Position numbers and translations under genes: made by a program
Notes under the pieces: generated by a model
Databases searched by the model: none
What the model saw: the letters and a program-made list of their open reading frames with translations, nothing else
What the model was told of the DNA's origin: nothing
Virus record (IMG/VR): IMGVR_UViG_3300045988_159421
Source of the DNA: a virus
Length of the DNA stretch: 64,000 nucleotides
Reading direction: 5' to 3' (one strand)
In this document: positions 9,991 to 18,178 of the stretch, in pieces
How the letters are laid out: every line of letters begins with the position of its first letter
Position numbering within the stretch: position 1 is the stretch's first letter

Positions 9991-11100
9991 TTACACACCC
10001 AATCTCCTTCTATCCATGAACCTAATTATATTTTTTGTTTTTATTTTTAGTATTTTATTTGCAAAATCAGAAACAACATCTGCAGCATCATCATGTAGTG
10101 TATATGCTGTTCCTTGAAAGTCTAATATCTGTTCTGTAAATGCTTTATTATTATCTGCAAATATTATTTGGCCATTATTAACTGGATCTTGTATAGTTGC
10201 AATACGATTATCTTTATTTTTATTATTCATATCATTAATAAATATTAAATTTCTTTTCTTTAGTTCAGGTATCTTTTCAATCATTTGTTGTATAGTAGTT
10301 ACATCTGAACCTAAGTAGGTATTTCTTTCTATAGATATATGAGTTATATCTGTAAATTCTAATAAAATATCAATAATTGTATTACAATACTCTGTGAAAC
10401 TCATTTTTTCAAGTACCATTCTTCTGATATATTTAAAGTCATTTTCTCCTAATGAACCTACTATCATTGCAAATGAGTCAGTTTTCTTTTTCTTATTAGA
10501 AGAATTATCTCCCGCTGGGTCAACACAAAGCATTGTTTTTAAAAAAATATGGTCCTCTATTTCCTCTACTGATTGAGTTCTTATAGATTTAAACCATTTT
10601 TCACCTATACTACTAGCATCATTCATTTTTTCTGACATAAATGATTTTCTATTACTCCAGTATTTAACTGCTATATCTATAAAAAAATCCCATTTTTCTT
10701 CCCATAAAACAGGATATTTCATTTCTTCTTTATGTTTTTCATAAAATTTTCTAGCTTGTATTTGAGGATCTTCTATTTTATCGTCAAAATAAATCTTTTT
10801 ACATTTAATCCATAAATCACTTTCAAATATATCATCTATTGTTTGGCCATCTTCTAATAAAACAGCTCTATTCATAATAGTATGATAATCTCTATTTCTG
10901 CTAAGTTTACTTATTAAGCAATCAATATGTAAAACAGTTCCTATACTTACAAACTTAGTTGCTGATTTAACTTTTTTACCTTTTCTAAATACTGCAGTAT
11001 CTCCAACTTCCTCTACTTCTTTACACCATCTATTCCATTTCTTTTCTCTAGCATCTTCAGTTATAACATCAACTTCGGATTGATAATCCATTTTGTTATC
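9991..11100 (-). CDS. terL: terminase large subunit, exon 2 (nuclease half)
   Basis: The reading frame is open from GAT at 11100-11098, just after an in-frame TAG at 11103-11101. The 366-aa track ORF is C-terminal TerL-like, with acidic residues such as VDPAGD and DDAADV. Confidence 0.65.
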   Translation of the reverse strand, partial: DNKMDYQSEVDVITEDAREKKWNRWCKEVEEVGDTAVFRKGKKVKSATKFVSIGTVLHIDCLISKLSRNRDYHTIMNRAVLLEDGQTIDDIFESDLWIKCKKIYFDDKIEDPQIQARKFYEKHKEEMKYPVLWEEKWDFFIDIAVKYWSNRKSFMSEKMNDASSIGEKWFKSIRTQSVEEIEDHIFLKTMLCVDPAGDNSSNKKKKTDSFAMIVGSLGENDFKYIRRMVLEKMSFTEYCNTIIDILLEFTDITHISIERNTYLGSDVTTIQQMIEKIPELKKRNLIFINDMNNKNKDNRIATIQDPVNNGQIIFADNNKAFTEQILDFQGTAYTLHDDAADVVSDFANKILKIKTKNIIRFMDRRRLGV

Positions 11101-12231
11101 CTAGTGGCTTTTTATCCTCTAGTTCTATATGTTTCCATATAGCTCGGCATACATTTTCACCCTCGTTTAACGTTAGGTTCTCAGATTACTCTATAAATAA
11201 TCGTGTCGGTGGCTCGTGGGCATATTATATTCTATACTTTTACATAATAATAAAAGCATAGGTTCAATGCCTATGCTCTGCGTGTGTTATCAGCTTTTAA
11301 ACTGTAACTTCCCCTAGTATTACCTTGTTTAATATATTGATATATGTAAAGTTTTTATCATCTGTAAAAAATGGAATTTCTATATATTTAATATTATTTT
11401 TTTTACAAAATTCAATTTTAATAGCATCATGTTTTTTAGTAGTTATTAATTTTTTCTCTGCTTCTTCTTCAGTACATCCTCCAAAATAAGCTTTTTCGTA
11501 ATGTTGTCTACCATTAACTTCAATAACCATTTTTAGTGATGGTATGTAGAAATCAAAAGGCAGAGGTCTTTTATTTTTGCAATTATCAAATTTATACTCT
11601 CTAATATATTCAATATTATTTTCAATAAGGTATTTTTCAACCTTTTGTGATAGTCTAGAATTTTGTTTATTATATTCGTTACATTGAGGACAACATCTTC
11701 TTTTTTCTAGATTAGTCCAAAATACTTTCTGTAAACCATGGTAAGGACATTCAAATTCAACTATAGTACTTCTTGTTCCTTTTTTTGTATATCTTCTTAT
11801 ATACTTACAGCCTATTTCTTCAACTATTTTAATTACTTCTTCTAATGGTTTCTTAGCAATCCCTTTAGTTATATATTGAGAAGGTACTCCTTTTACCTCT
11901 ACAGTATTAGAACATGATTTACATAAATGAAATTTATCCCTTTTAAAAGAATCCCAAGTTCTTTCAAATTCTTTACCACATTTACATTTAAATTTTAATT
12001 TTGTTTTAGCATTTTTATATTCAGTTGATAACAAAATACATTCAGAATTGTTTTCAACCCATTCTTTTACATATTCAAAAGTTAATCTCTTCATAACAAT
12101 CACCTCTTAATTATATTATATCATAATCAGATTGAAAGTTATATCATTATCAATATTAAATTTAGGCTTCTACATTAATTCCACCGATTCTATAAGTTAT
12201 ATTTCTATAACCTACGGACAATTATATTTTT
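11101..12231 (-). mobile_element. probable group I intron interrupting terL, carrying a homing-endonuclease ORF
   Basis: It separates two TerL halves in the same orientation. Proposed exon 1 ends ...GCGGAT (a U before the 5' splice site). The insert ends ...CTAG (a terminal G). Joining gives in-frame VVIAD-DNKMDYQ. The flanking non-ORF parts are G+C-enriched and hairpin-rich. Exact boundaries are inferred. Confidence 0.5.
11297..12094 (-). CDS. intron-encoded homing endonuclease (Zn-ribbon N-terminus plus PD-(D/E)XK/Vsr-like C-terminus)
   Basis: RBS AAGAGGTG precedes ATG 12094. Repeated CxxC pairs are present (CKCG, CKSC, CPYH, CPQC). The C-terminal PFDFYIPSLKMVIEVNGRQH resembles the DUF559/EDxHD-type nuclease core. 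Confidence 0.5.
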   Translation of the reverse strand: MKRLTFEYVKEWVENNSECILLSTEYKNAKTKLKFKCKCGKEFERTWDSFKRDKFHLCKSCSNTVEVKGVPSQYITKGIAKKPLEEVIKIVEEIGCKYIRRYTKKGTRSTIVEFECPYHGLQKVFWTNLEKRRCCPQCNEYNKQNSRLSQKVEKYLIENNIEYIREYKFDNCKNKRPLPFDFYIPSLKMVIEVNGRQHYEKAYFGGCTEEEAEKKLITTKKHDAIKIEFCKKNNIKYIEIPFFTDDKNFTYINILNKVILGEVTV

Positions 12232-12885
12232 ATCCGCTATAACAACAGTAGGCCTTACACCTCCCCAGTTAGCACCACGAACAGAAGTGGTTGACCCTAC
12301 TGCCCTTATATATGTGTCATTAGTAAACTCAATTTCACCTGAGTTAACCTTGTAATAATCTTTCGAATTAGGCTTTTTACCTTTTAAATCTATTAAGTTT
12401 CCAAATACATCTTTTATAAGCTCATTTTCTAAAAACTCTTTCTTTATAGAATTTAAGAATTGCTCGGCATCATCTGCAGTTTTGGCTCCTAATAGAGTAA
12501 ACTTTGATTTTTTATAGCAATGTAACCATATTGCAAGTGTTTTATCGCATATGGTTGACTTAGCAAGTCCTCGAGGCTCTACTATATTAAGTTTGTCGTA
12601 TAAATCCTGTACAAAGGCCTCTGAAAGAACTCTCCATATCTTATAATGTTCCTCACATAATTCCCTTGCACTGTTGTCATCACTTGGTACGAAAGTCGTT
12701 CTAAGAAAATATAAACTAAAAAATGTTATATCCTTTTCTCCGATTACCTTTGCAACCTCGTTAGGAGTGTATTTCCTTCTAATATTATCCTGATTTTTAG
12801 GAAAATATTTCTTTAGATATTTATCAATCAAATATAAAGAGTATTTATTATCATTAGGAAACTCTATATCATCAAAATAAATCAT
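12232..12885 (-). CDS. terL: terminase large subunit, exon 1 (ATPase half)
   Basis: Walker-A-like EPRGLAKST and Walker-B-like RPTVVIAD. The track ORF continues for only 8 more codons (KNIIVRRL) into the proposed intron before a stop. Confidence 0.65.
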
Positions 12886-12935
12886 CTAACCTCTCCTTTC
12901 TGAATTTATTTACATAAAAAAGAGCAGCTAATTAA

Positions 12936-13109
12936 CTACTCCTTTATATTTTTCTTATTTACATATTTTCTCTTTGATTTATTTTTCTTCTTTTTAGGAA
13001 AAATCTTTTCTAGTTTGCTTTTAGTCATTGCTCTACCATTTAAGTAGCAAATAACTTCTTCTTTTTCTTTTTTATTTCTGAAATTTTTACCTTTTTCGTT
13101 TTCTTTCAT
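12936..13109 (-). CDS. small basic protein (57 aa)
   Basis: RBS GGGGAA precedes ATG 13109. Translation MKENEKGKNFRNKKEKEEVICYLNGRAMTKSKLEKIF.... Below the track size cutoff. Confidence 0.3.
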   Translation of the reverse strand: MKENEKGKNFRNKKEKEEVICYLNGRAMTKSKLEKIFPKKKKNKSKRKYVNKKNIKE

Positions 13110-13132
13110 AGATATTCCCCTTTATTTATTAA

Positions 13133-13218
13133 TGGCGGAAAGGATAGGATTTGAACCTATGCACCTTACGGTCTAGAAGTTTAGCAAACTCCCCTCTTAA
13201 CCACTTGAGTACCTTTTC
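13133..13218 (-). tRNA. tRNA-Ser (anticodon GCU), long variable arm, encoded CCA
   Basis: Hand-folded cloverleaf. Anticodon stem GGAGT/ACTTC with loop TTGCTAA. T-arm ATAGG-TTCAAAT-CCTAT. One A:C mismatch in the acceptor stem. Confidence 0.75.
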
Positions 13219-13226
13219 TTATAAAA

Positions 13227-13303
13227 TGGTAGTAATAGTTGGACTTGAACCAACGACCTTGCGCTTATCAGACGCACGTTCTAACCATCTGAACTATATT
13301 ACT
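13227..13303 (-). tRNA. tRNA-Ile (anticodon GAU), encoded CCA
   Basis: Acceptor AGTAATA/TATTACT. Anticodon stem TGCGT/GCGCA with loop CTGATAA. T-arm GTTGG-TTCAAGT-CCAAC. 77 nt. Confidence 0.85.
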
Positions 13304-13312
13304 ATAATGTTT

Positions 13313-13390
13313 TGGCTGGCCTAGTGAGATTCGAACTCACAACAAACCATGGTCCGTAGCCATGTGCTCTATCCGTTGAGCTATAAGCCA
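13313..13390 (-). tRNA. tRNA-Arg (anticodon ACG), encoded CCA
   Basis: Acceptor TGGCTTA/TAGGCCA. Anticodon stem CATGG/CCATG with loop CTACGGA. T-arm GTGAG-TTCGAAT-CTCAC. Confidence 0.8.
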
Positions 13391-13399
13391 ATATTCTAT

Positions 13400-14262
13400 T
13401 TAGAAGGCTCGAGATTAAAGCCTTCTGTAGACACCTTTCGCAGCATTATTTATTCTCTGCTTATCCACGTACCTAATACGTATTGTCCATGACTGGTTGT
13501 ATTTTTATAGTGCCACAAAACCCTAACACGAGGCACTCTACTATAGTACTACTCAACACTTCGTATTCTGTCTGCCTTGCGAGCAACAAAGGTTTGCAAA
13601 ACCACCATGCAACTTCATGTTAAACGATTCACCCTTGGGAGGTGTCACGCACTAGATTATATCATGCAAGGATATTCTAGTATTAAGCCACTTTCATACT
13701 ATAAGGGAACAGACTTTTCCTTTTATTGTTTTGTTATCATAGACAATTTATCATCCAAAATTAATATTCTCTATGCCTGTATAAATCTGAATTAAATTTG
13801 ACAGACGTTGTGCTGTTCCTGAAGATTCGTTTCCTTTTGAGACACGAAATACTTCACAACATCAGTGTGTTTCATTGAATTCTTACTCCACGTTGTTAAT
13901 ACATACTCCAGCCCTTTCACTGTTTCACTATTAACAATGGTTAGTGCCCTTTGTTATCAGCATCGGACTATATAACCTCCTGATTATGTCTCGCTACATG
14001 ACCAATTTGGCGTGAGGTAAATTATTCAGTGCCACCTGAAAATCTTCGATATACGGTTCGCCTTTTCGAAAACTGTCCCTCTTGGGTTACGTAGTTATCT
14101 CCACTACTATCAATTCATGAAGACGTTGGACATTCAGTTCTGCTTAGATGGACTAGTTTAACTAGCGACATGTAGTCAGCATGCCTTTACACTGCTCACA
14201 CAATGCTATCCTAAAGATACTAAGCTACCTAAAATAGATTTAGATTTATTTTTTAAAACACA
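13400..14262 (-). ncRNA. candidate giant structured ncRNA (GOLLD/ROOL-class) between tRNA genes
   Basis: About 860 nt with no credible ORF, visibly more G+C-rich than surrounding DNA, and many local hairpins (for example AGAAGGCT/AGCCTTCT at 13402-13426). Flanked by co-oriented tRNAs and downstream of a box promoter. Strand is inferred from context. Confidence 0.5.
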
Positions 14263-14266
14263 TACA

Positions 14267-14340
14267 TGGCTGGGCGTAATAGATTCGAACTATTATTCCA
14301 GGAATCAAAATCCTGTGTCCTACCTTTGAACGAACACCCA
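14267..14340 (-). tRNA. tRNA-Gln (anticodon UUG), encoded CCA
   Basis: Acceptor TGGGTGT/ACGCCCA. Anticodon stem CAGGA/TCCTG with loop TTTTGAT. T-arm AATAG-TTCGAAT-CTATT. Confidence 0.8.
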
Positions 14341-14359
14341 ATATTTAACTGATAATTAT

Positions 14360-14403
14360 ATTCTAATCTCCCAACAATACTTTTTCAATCGGAACATATT
14401 CCT
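14360..14403 (-). promoter_or_regulatory. box-A promoter: 17-nt conserved box fused to -35 TTGAAA, 17-nt spacer, -10 TAGAAT
   Basis: Minus strand AGGAATATGTTCCGATTGAAA-N17-TAGAAT, about 20 nt upstream of tRNA-Gln. The box is identical to four other copies. Confidence 0.6.
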
Positions 14404-14405
14404 AA

Positions 14406-14430
14406 TAAAAAAAGCCAGATTTCTCTGACT
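14406..14430 (-). terminator. intrinsic terminator after the recombinase gene
   Basis: Minus-strand hairpin AGTCAGA-GAAA-TCTGGCT followed by TTTTTTT. Confidence 0.6.
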
Positions 14431-14453
14431 TTTAAAATGTATTATTTATTTTC

Positions 14454-15035
14454 TTATTGATATTCTTTCATTCTTCTAATTAGTGTAGCTTTGCTTATTC
14501 CTGTTACTTCTGTAACTTGCTTATAACTCATGCCACTTTGCTTTAGATCAATGGCATGCTTAATTTGTTTGTTTGAATACTTTTGCGGTCTACCTTCTGT
14601 AAAATCTTCTCTTTGTTTTGCTATCGCCTTACCTTCTTTTGTTCTTTCAACTATCATATCTCTTTCAAATTCAGCAAATGCAAGGAAAATAGTTCTTGTT
14701 AATTTTCCATTAGGTGTATTATCCATTAATCCTAAGTTTACTATATGAACTTTTATATCTTGTTCTAGTAACTTATCTATTATGCTTAATCCGTGTATTG
14801 TACTTCTAGCAAATCTGTCTAATTTAGTTACTACTAATGTGTCTCCTGGTTTTAATTGTTTAAGAAGTTTATCGAAATTTTTTCTATCTTCTTGTTTCTT
14901 TGTTCCAGTAAAAGAATCAACTACGATATTTTCTTTTAAACATCCATTTGCTAATAGTATTTCTGTTTGGCCTTCTAATGAGTTACCATCTTTCTTTTGT
15001 GAATAAGTACTAACTCTTGCATATCCGTATTTCAT
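14454..15035 (-). CDS. small serine recombinase (resolvase/invertase family)
   Basis: N-terminal [13 protein letters not shown] catalytic-serine motif, 193 aa, C-terminal HTH ([22 protein letters not shown]). Confidence 0.85.
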   Translation of the reverse strand: MKYGYARVSTYSQKKDGNSLEGQTEILLANGCLKENIVVDSFTGTKKQEDRKNFDKLLKQLKPGDTLVVTKLDRFARSTIHGLSIIDKLLEQDIKVHIVNLGLMDNTPNGKLTRTIFLAFAEFERDMIVERTKEGKAIAKQREDFTEGRPQKYSNKQIKHAIDLKQSGMSYKQVTEVTGISKATLIRRMKEYQ

Positions 15036-15071
15036 ATTTACAACCCCCTATGATTTATCTTTTATACTTAT

Positions 15072-15100
15072 ATTGTATCATAAGTCTTAAGAGTTGTAAA
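15072..15100 (-). promoter_or_regulatory. sigma-A-type promoter for the recombinase gene
   Basis: Minus strand TTTACA-N17-TACAAT with a TG extended -10. Confidence 0.5.
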
Positions 15101-15135
15101 CCTAATTATAAAAATTTAACTTTTATTTTTAACGT

Positions 15136-16401
15136 TTAAATATACGCAAATGTATATCCATAAGTTGTTTTTTGTTTTCCTTGTAACACTTTTTCTATGC
15201 TTTTTCTTGGAATATCAAGTTTTCTTGCACAAACTCCTATTCCTTCAATAATTTCTTCTGAATTATCTTTTAAATTTGTTGCTTTAATAGTTTTCTTAGG
15301 AGTAACTTTTTTACTATATTTAGCTTTTATTGCTAATATAGAAGTATAATCCTTACTTTCTATATATGGAATTAACTGTTGTTTTACATTTATAGCATCT
15401 TCTTCTGTTTTAAAATGACCTATTGGTATCTGATTTCCATTAAAGGTTATTCTTAAAAACCAGCTTTTAGCTTTAACATCATAATTAATGCCTTTTACAT
15501 CAGATTTATACATAGTAGTATTTTTCTTGTTTCGCATATTATGTAAAAAAGAATAATCTATTTTCTGTCTTTCACGCATTTTTTCATATGTTTTTCTGCA
15601 ACAATCCATATATTTTTCCATTTCAATATGTGTTGTTATTCCTATTTGTTTACCTTTTAAAAACTTTTCTTTATTTCGCAAATCATTAACTTCTTTAAAA
15701 ATCAAAGAAAAATCTTTAACATTGCTTTTTTTTAAAATTCTTTTAATTGTATCTTGAGAAAGTTTATATTTTTCACTAATTTCATTAAGTAAGTATTTTT
15801 TAGAATATAAATCTTTAACTATATTTTCATTTCTAGTTTCTTTATTATTTATAATTTTAAGTTTTTCATTTAAATCAGATCTAACATCTACCCATGAATT
15901 AAGATATTTAACATTATAAATAACTTTTTCTCTTACTCCAGTTAATCTAGCTATTTTCTTTATAGAGATTGGATTATTTTCTAGTTCCGATAACATTTCT
16001 TTAACTTTAGCAATTTGATGTTCTGTATAATCACTTCTTTCTCTAGTTACCTTCTTTAAATTTTCTAATCTTTTCTTTCGTATTTCCTCTGGAATCTCAT
16101 TTAAAAAATAATCTCCACCTTCTGTCATATTAAATCCATTATTATAAGTATCATATTTTTTTATATAATACTTTTCTAAATCATTTAAAATGTCAAGTTC
16201 ATCACAATAATGTATAGCTTTAAACTTAAAAGCACCTTCTCCATATTTATTCCAACTTCTTTGAAGATATTCATTGTCATGATTTCCTCTGTTCAAAGCA
16301 CTTATATGACTTTTCCATCTTTTTTCAAAATCTTGAATTGTTTGCCCTATATACATATCGCCTGTTACTACATTTGTTATTGAGTAAATTCCAAAAGGCA
16401 T
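15136..16401 (-). CDS. free-standing GIY-YIG homing endonuclease with an AP2-like DNA-binding C-terminus
   Basis: N-terminus GIYSITNVVTGDMYIGQT (GIY...YIG), followed by R..H and N motifs. Repeated HTH-like modules. C-terminal GINYDVKAKSWFLRITFNGNQIPIGHFKTEEDA is AP2-like. Confidence 0.8.
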   Translation of the reverse strand: MPFGIYSITNVVTGDMYIGQTIQDFEKRWKSHISALNRGNHDNEYLQRSWNKYGEGAFKFKAIHYCDELDILNDLEKYYIKKYDTYNNGFNMTEGGDYFLNEIPEEIRKKRLENLKKVTRERSDYTEHQIAKVKEMLSELENNPISIKKIARLTGVREKVIYNVKYLNSWVDVRSDLNEKLKIINNKETRNENIVKDLYSKKYLLNEISEKYKLSQDTIKRILKKSNVKDFSLIFKEVNDLRNKEKFLKGKQIGITTHIEMEKYMDCCRKTYEKMRERQKIDYSFLHNMRNKKNTTMYKSDVKGINYDVKAKSWFLRITFNGNQIPIGHFKTEEDAINVKQQLIPYIESKDYTSILAIKAKYSKKVTPKKTIKATNLKDNSEEIIEGIGVCARKLDIPRKSIEKVLQGKQKTTYGYTFAYI

Positions 16402-16940
16402 TCTCTTACCCCCTTATCGAAAGTTTTAAAAAAATTTTTGTGGAATTTTTTGAGATTTTGTTTTACTTGTTATCCCTCAGGTTTCAAAAAATATATTGCA
16501 ACACTATAGCCCTTGGCGCACGCGTTGAAAATACTGGGGTATAGAATGCACCGCCCTCTTACCTGGAGTACCCTACCCCACCGAGAGACCCTTGTTTTGC
16601 CTTGTTACTTATGACACTAAGTTATAAGACAAGTAAACATATTGATATTACTTACTGTGTCAAAGTGTATCATAACTTATAAGTATTGATACCTTATAGA
16701 GTACTATTAATGCTGTTGTCTTTTACTATACTGGTCTTACTGTTCACTCTATTGTCTTATACCCTCTGTGCGCCCCTCTAAGACGTTGCGCTTTGTCTTG
16801 TTTGTCCTTATTCTATTGGTAATATATTCCTTGTCTTAATAGTTGTTATAGCTTAATACTATTAAAATGACTATTCCAACAGATTTTCAACAGCGACACC
16901 TCTTAAATACGGACCGCGATAAGCGCCCACATATAATCCC

Positions 16941-17408
16941 CTACGATATTTCACTATCTTTTATATCTATTACATTCCCTTCTATAACATCTGAATCATT
17001 AAAGTCATCCCAAGAAGGTTCATTATTATTTTCTTTTTCAGTTTCAGGAGTAATAACTGTTTTAGTTTCCACTTTTGAAATTGGAGCGCCAGCCAATCTA
17101 TTAAGTAAGTATATGCTTGCATCTAGTCTAACCTTCTCGCTCTTAGCTGATCTTGATAGGTCGAGAATATTTTGTAAAAGTTGATTAGAGAATTTCATTA
17201 TACGATTGTCAACTTTATTTTTAGCAACTTCATATTGTCTATCAAGTTCTTCCATGAATTCTGGTCTTTTCTTCCAGCGCATTATAGTTTTTTCACAAAC
17301 ATCTAATTGGTCTGCTACTTCTTTATTAGTTGCACCATACACTAATAATTCTGCTGCAATTAATTGGTCTTCTGTTAACCTAGAATCTTTTTCTCGTGGC
17401 ATAATCAA
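16941..17408 (-). CDS. HTH protein, possible terminase small subunit
   Basis: N-terminal HTH (TNKEVADQLDVCEKTIMRWKKR), 155 aa, acidic tail. It is the first gene of the packaging-side block, but is separated from terL by about 4 kb of insertions. Confidence 0.35.
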   Translation of the reverse strand: MIMPREKDSRLTEDQLIAAELLVYGATNKEVADQLDVCEKTIMRWKKRPEFMEELDRQYEVAKNKVDNRIMKFSNQLLQNILDLSRSAKSEKVRLDASIYLLNRLAGAPISKVETKTVITPETEKENNNEPSWDDFNDSDVIEGNVIDIKDSEIS

Positions 17409-17914
17409 TTACCCTCCTTCCTTTTTATTTCTTCTCTTAAGTGATAATATAAAATTTTATGGACCATTGAAGGTGATTCTTTTCTATCACATGCAATAAT
17501 ATGAAGATTATCGAATTTGGCCATTAATGAAATTACCATAGCCGCGCTAGCGTTAGGATGAACATGGCTTATATATTCACCTTTTAAAAGTTTGATATAA
17601 TAATCCTTGTCTTGTATAAGCAAGAATAATTTAACTCCTGCTTTTTTTGCTCTTTTTAGTTCTCTTATAAAACGGTTATCTTTATTTTCGTCTTTTATTG
17701 GATCCATTAAGTTTCCTAGCAGTTCATCTAATCCTGCTTTTCTTTCTATTAAAATATTAGGTATATATTCTCCTTGATATCTAATAGCATAATCTCCAGT
17801 ATCTAATTTTTCTCTAGTGGCCTGTATTCCATTTTTTATAAGAGTGTCTTGGATTAATGTATCTTGTTCTCTTGTATCGCATATAATTTCGTAATCTTCA
17901 TTTTTTATTTTCAT
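17405..17914 (-). CDS. ERCC4-type nuclease-like protein
   Basis: DTREQ near the N-terminus and GDY...ERKAGLDEL match the ERCC4 GDxnERKxxxD signature. Confidence 0.5.
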   Translation of the reverse strand: MKIKNEDYEIICDTREQDTLIQDTLIKNGIQATREKLDTGDYAIRYQGEYIPNILIERKAGLDELLGNLMDPIKDENKDNRFIRELKRAKKAGVKLFLLIQDKDYYIKLLKGEYISHVHPNASAAMVISLMAKFDNLHIIACDRKESPSMVHKILYYHLREEIKRKEGN

Positions 17915-18178
17915 ATTATCCCCTTCTATAAGCTAAACATATTGAATTTGCAACATTTATAGAGGTTTATGCCGTAGGCAATTAAGAGAAATTCTGTTCT
18001 GTATATAATATATAAGAGTTAAGCACCTTTAAAAGTCTTATAATTATTAGAAAATCAATATTTTAAAGTTTTTTTATACTATCGGTTCGAGTTAGGTTTT
18101 TGGATTAATTTTGTCGGTTCGAGCTGGGTTTTTTATAATACTTATAAGCATAAAAAAATAAGGGTTAACTAATTTCCC

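Noticed and set aside
12205-12885. terL as a truncated pseudogene, with the ATPase half ending at the TAG at 12205-12207
   Set aside because: The matching nuclease half lies 1.1 kb downstream in the same orientation. The intervening DNA has an endonuclease ORF plus structured flanks. An in-frame junction obeying group I splice-site rules can be drawn. A split by a mobile intron is therefore more parsimonious than decay, although splicing is untested.
13577-13795. 72-aa + strand ORF inside the tRNA-flanked non-coding segment
   Set aside because: It has no RBS and lies opposite to the surrounding transcription. It sits within a hairpin-rich, G+C-enriched region that is better explained as structured RNA. 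Its composition looks like a random open frame.
14387-14403. The 17-nt box as a recombination (res/hix-like) site for the adjacent serine recombinase
   Set aside because: All five copies are in direct orientation, scattered over 43 kb, so recombination between them would delete essential genes. Each copy is followed at exactly the same spacing by -35 and -10 hexamers and by an RNA gene. A promoter/operator role explains more. The recombination idea is not fully excluded for the copy next to the recombinase gene.
18082-18133. GGTTCGAG-containing repeats as tRNA fragments or a tRNA-derived att site
   Set aside because: The TTCGAG resembles a T-loop, but there is no flanking T-stem complementarity and no acceptor-stem sequence, so they are not tRNA remnants.
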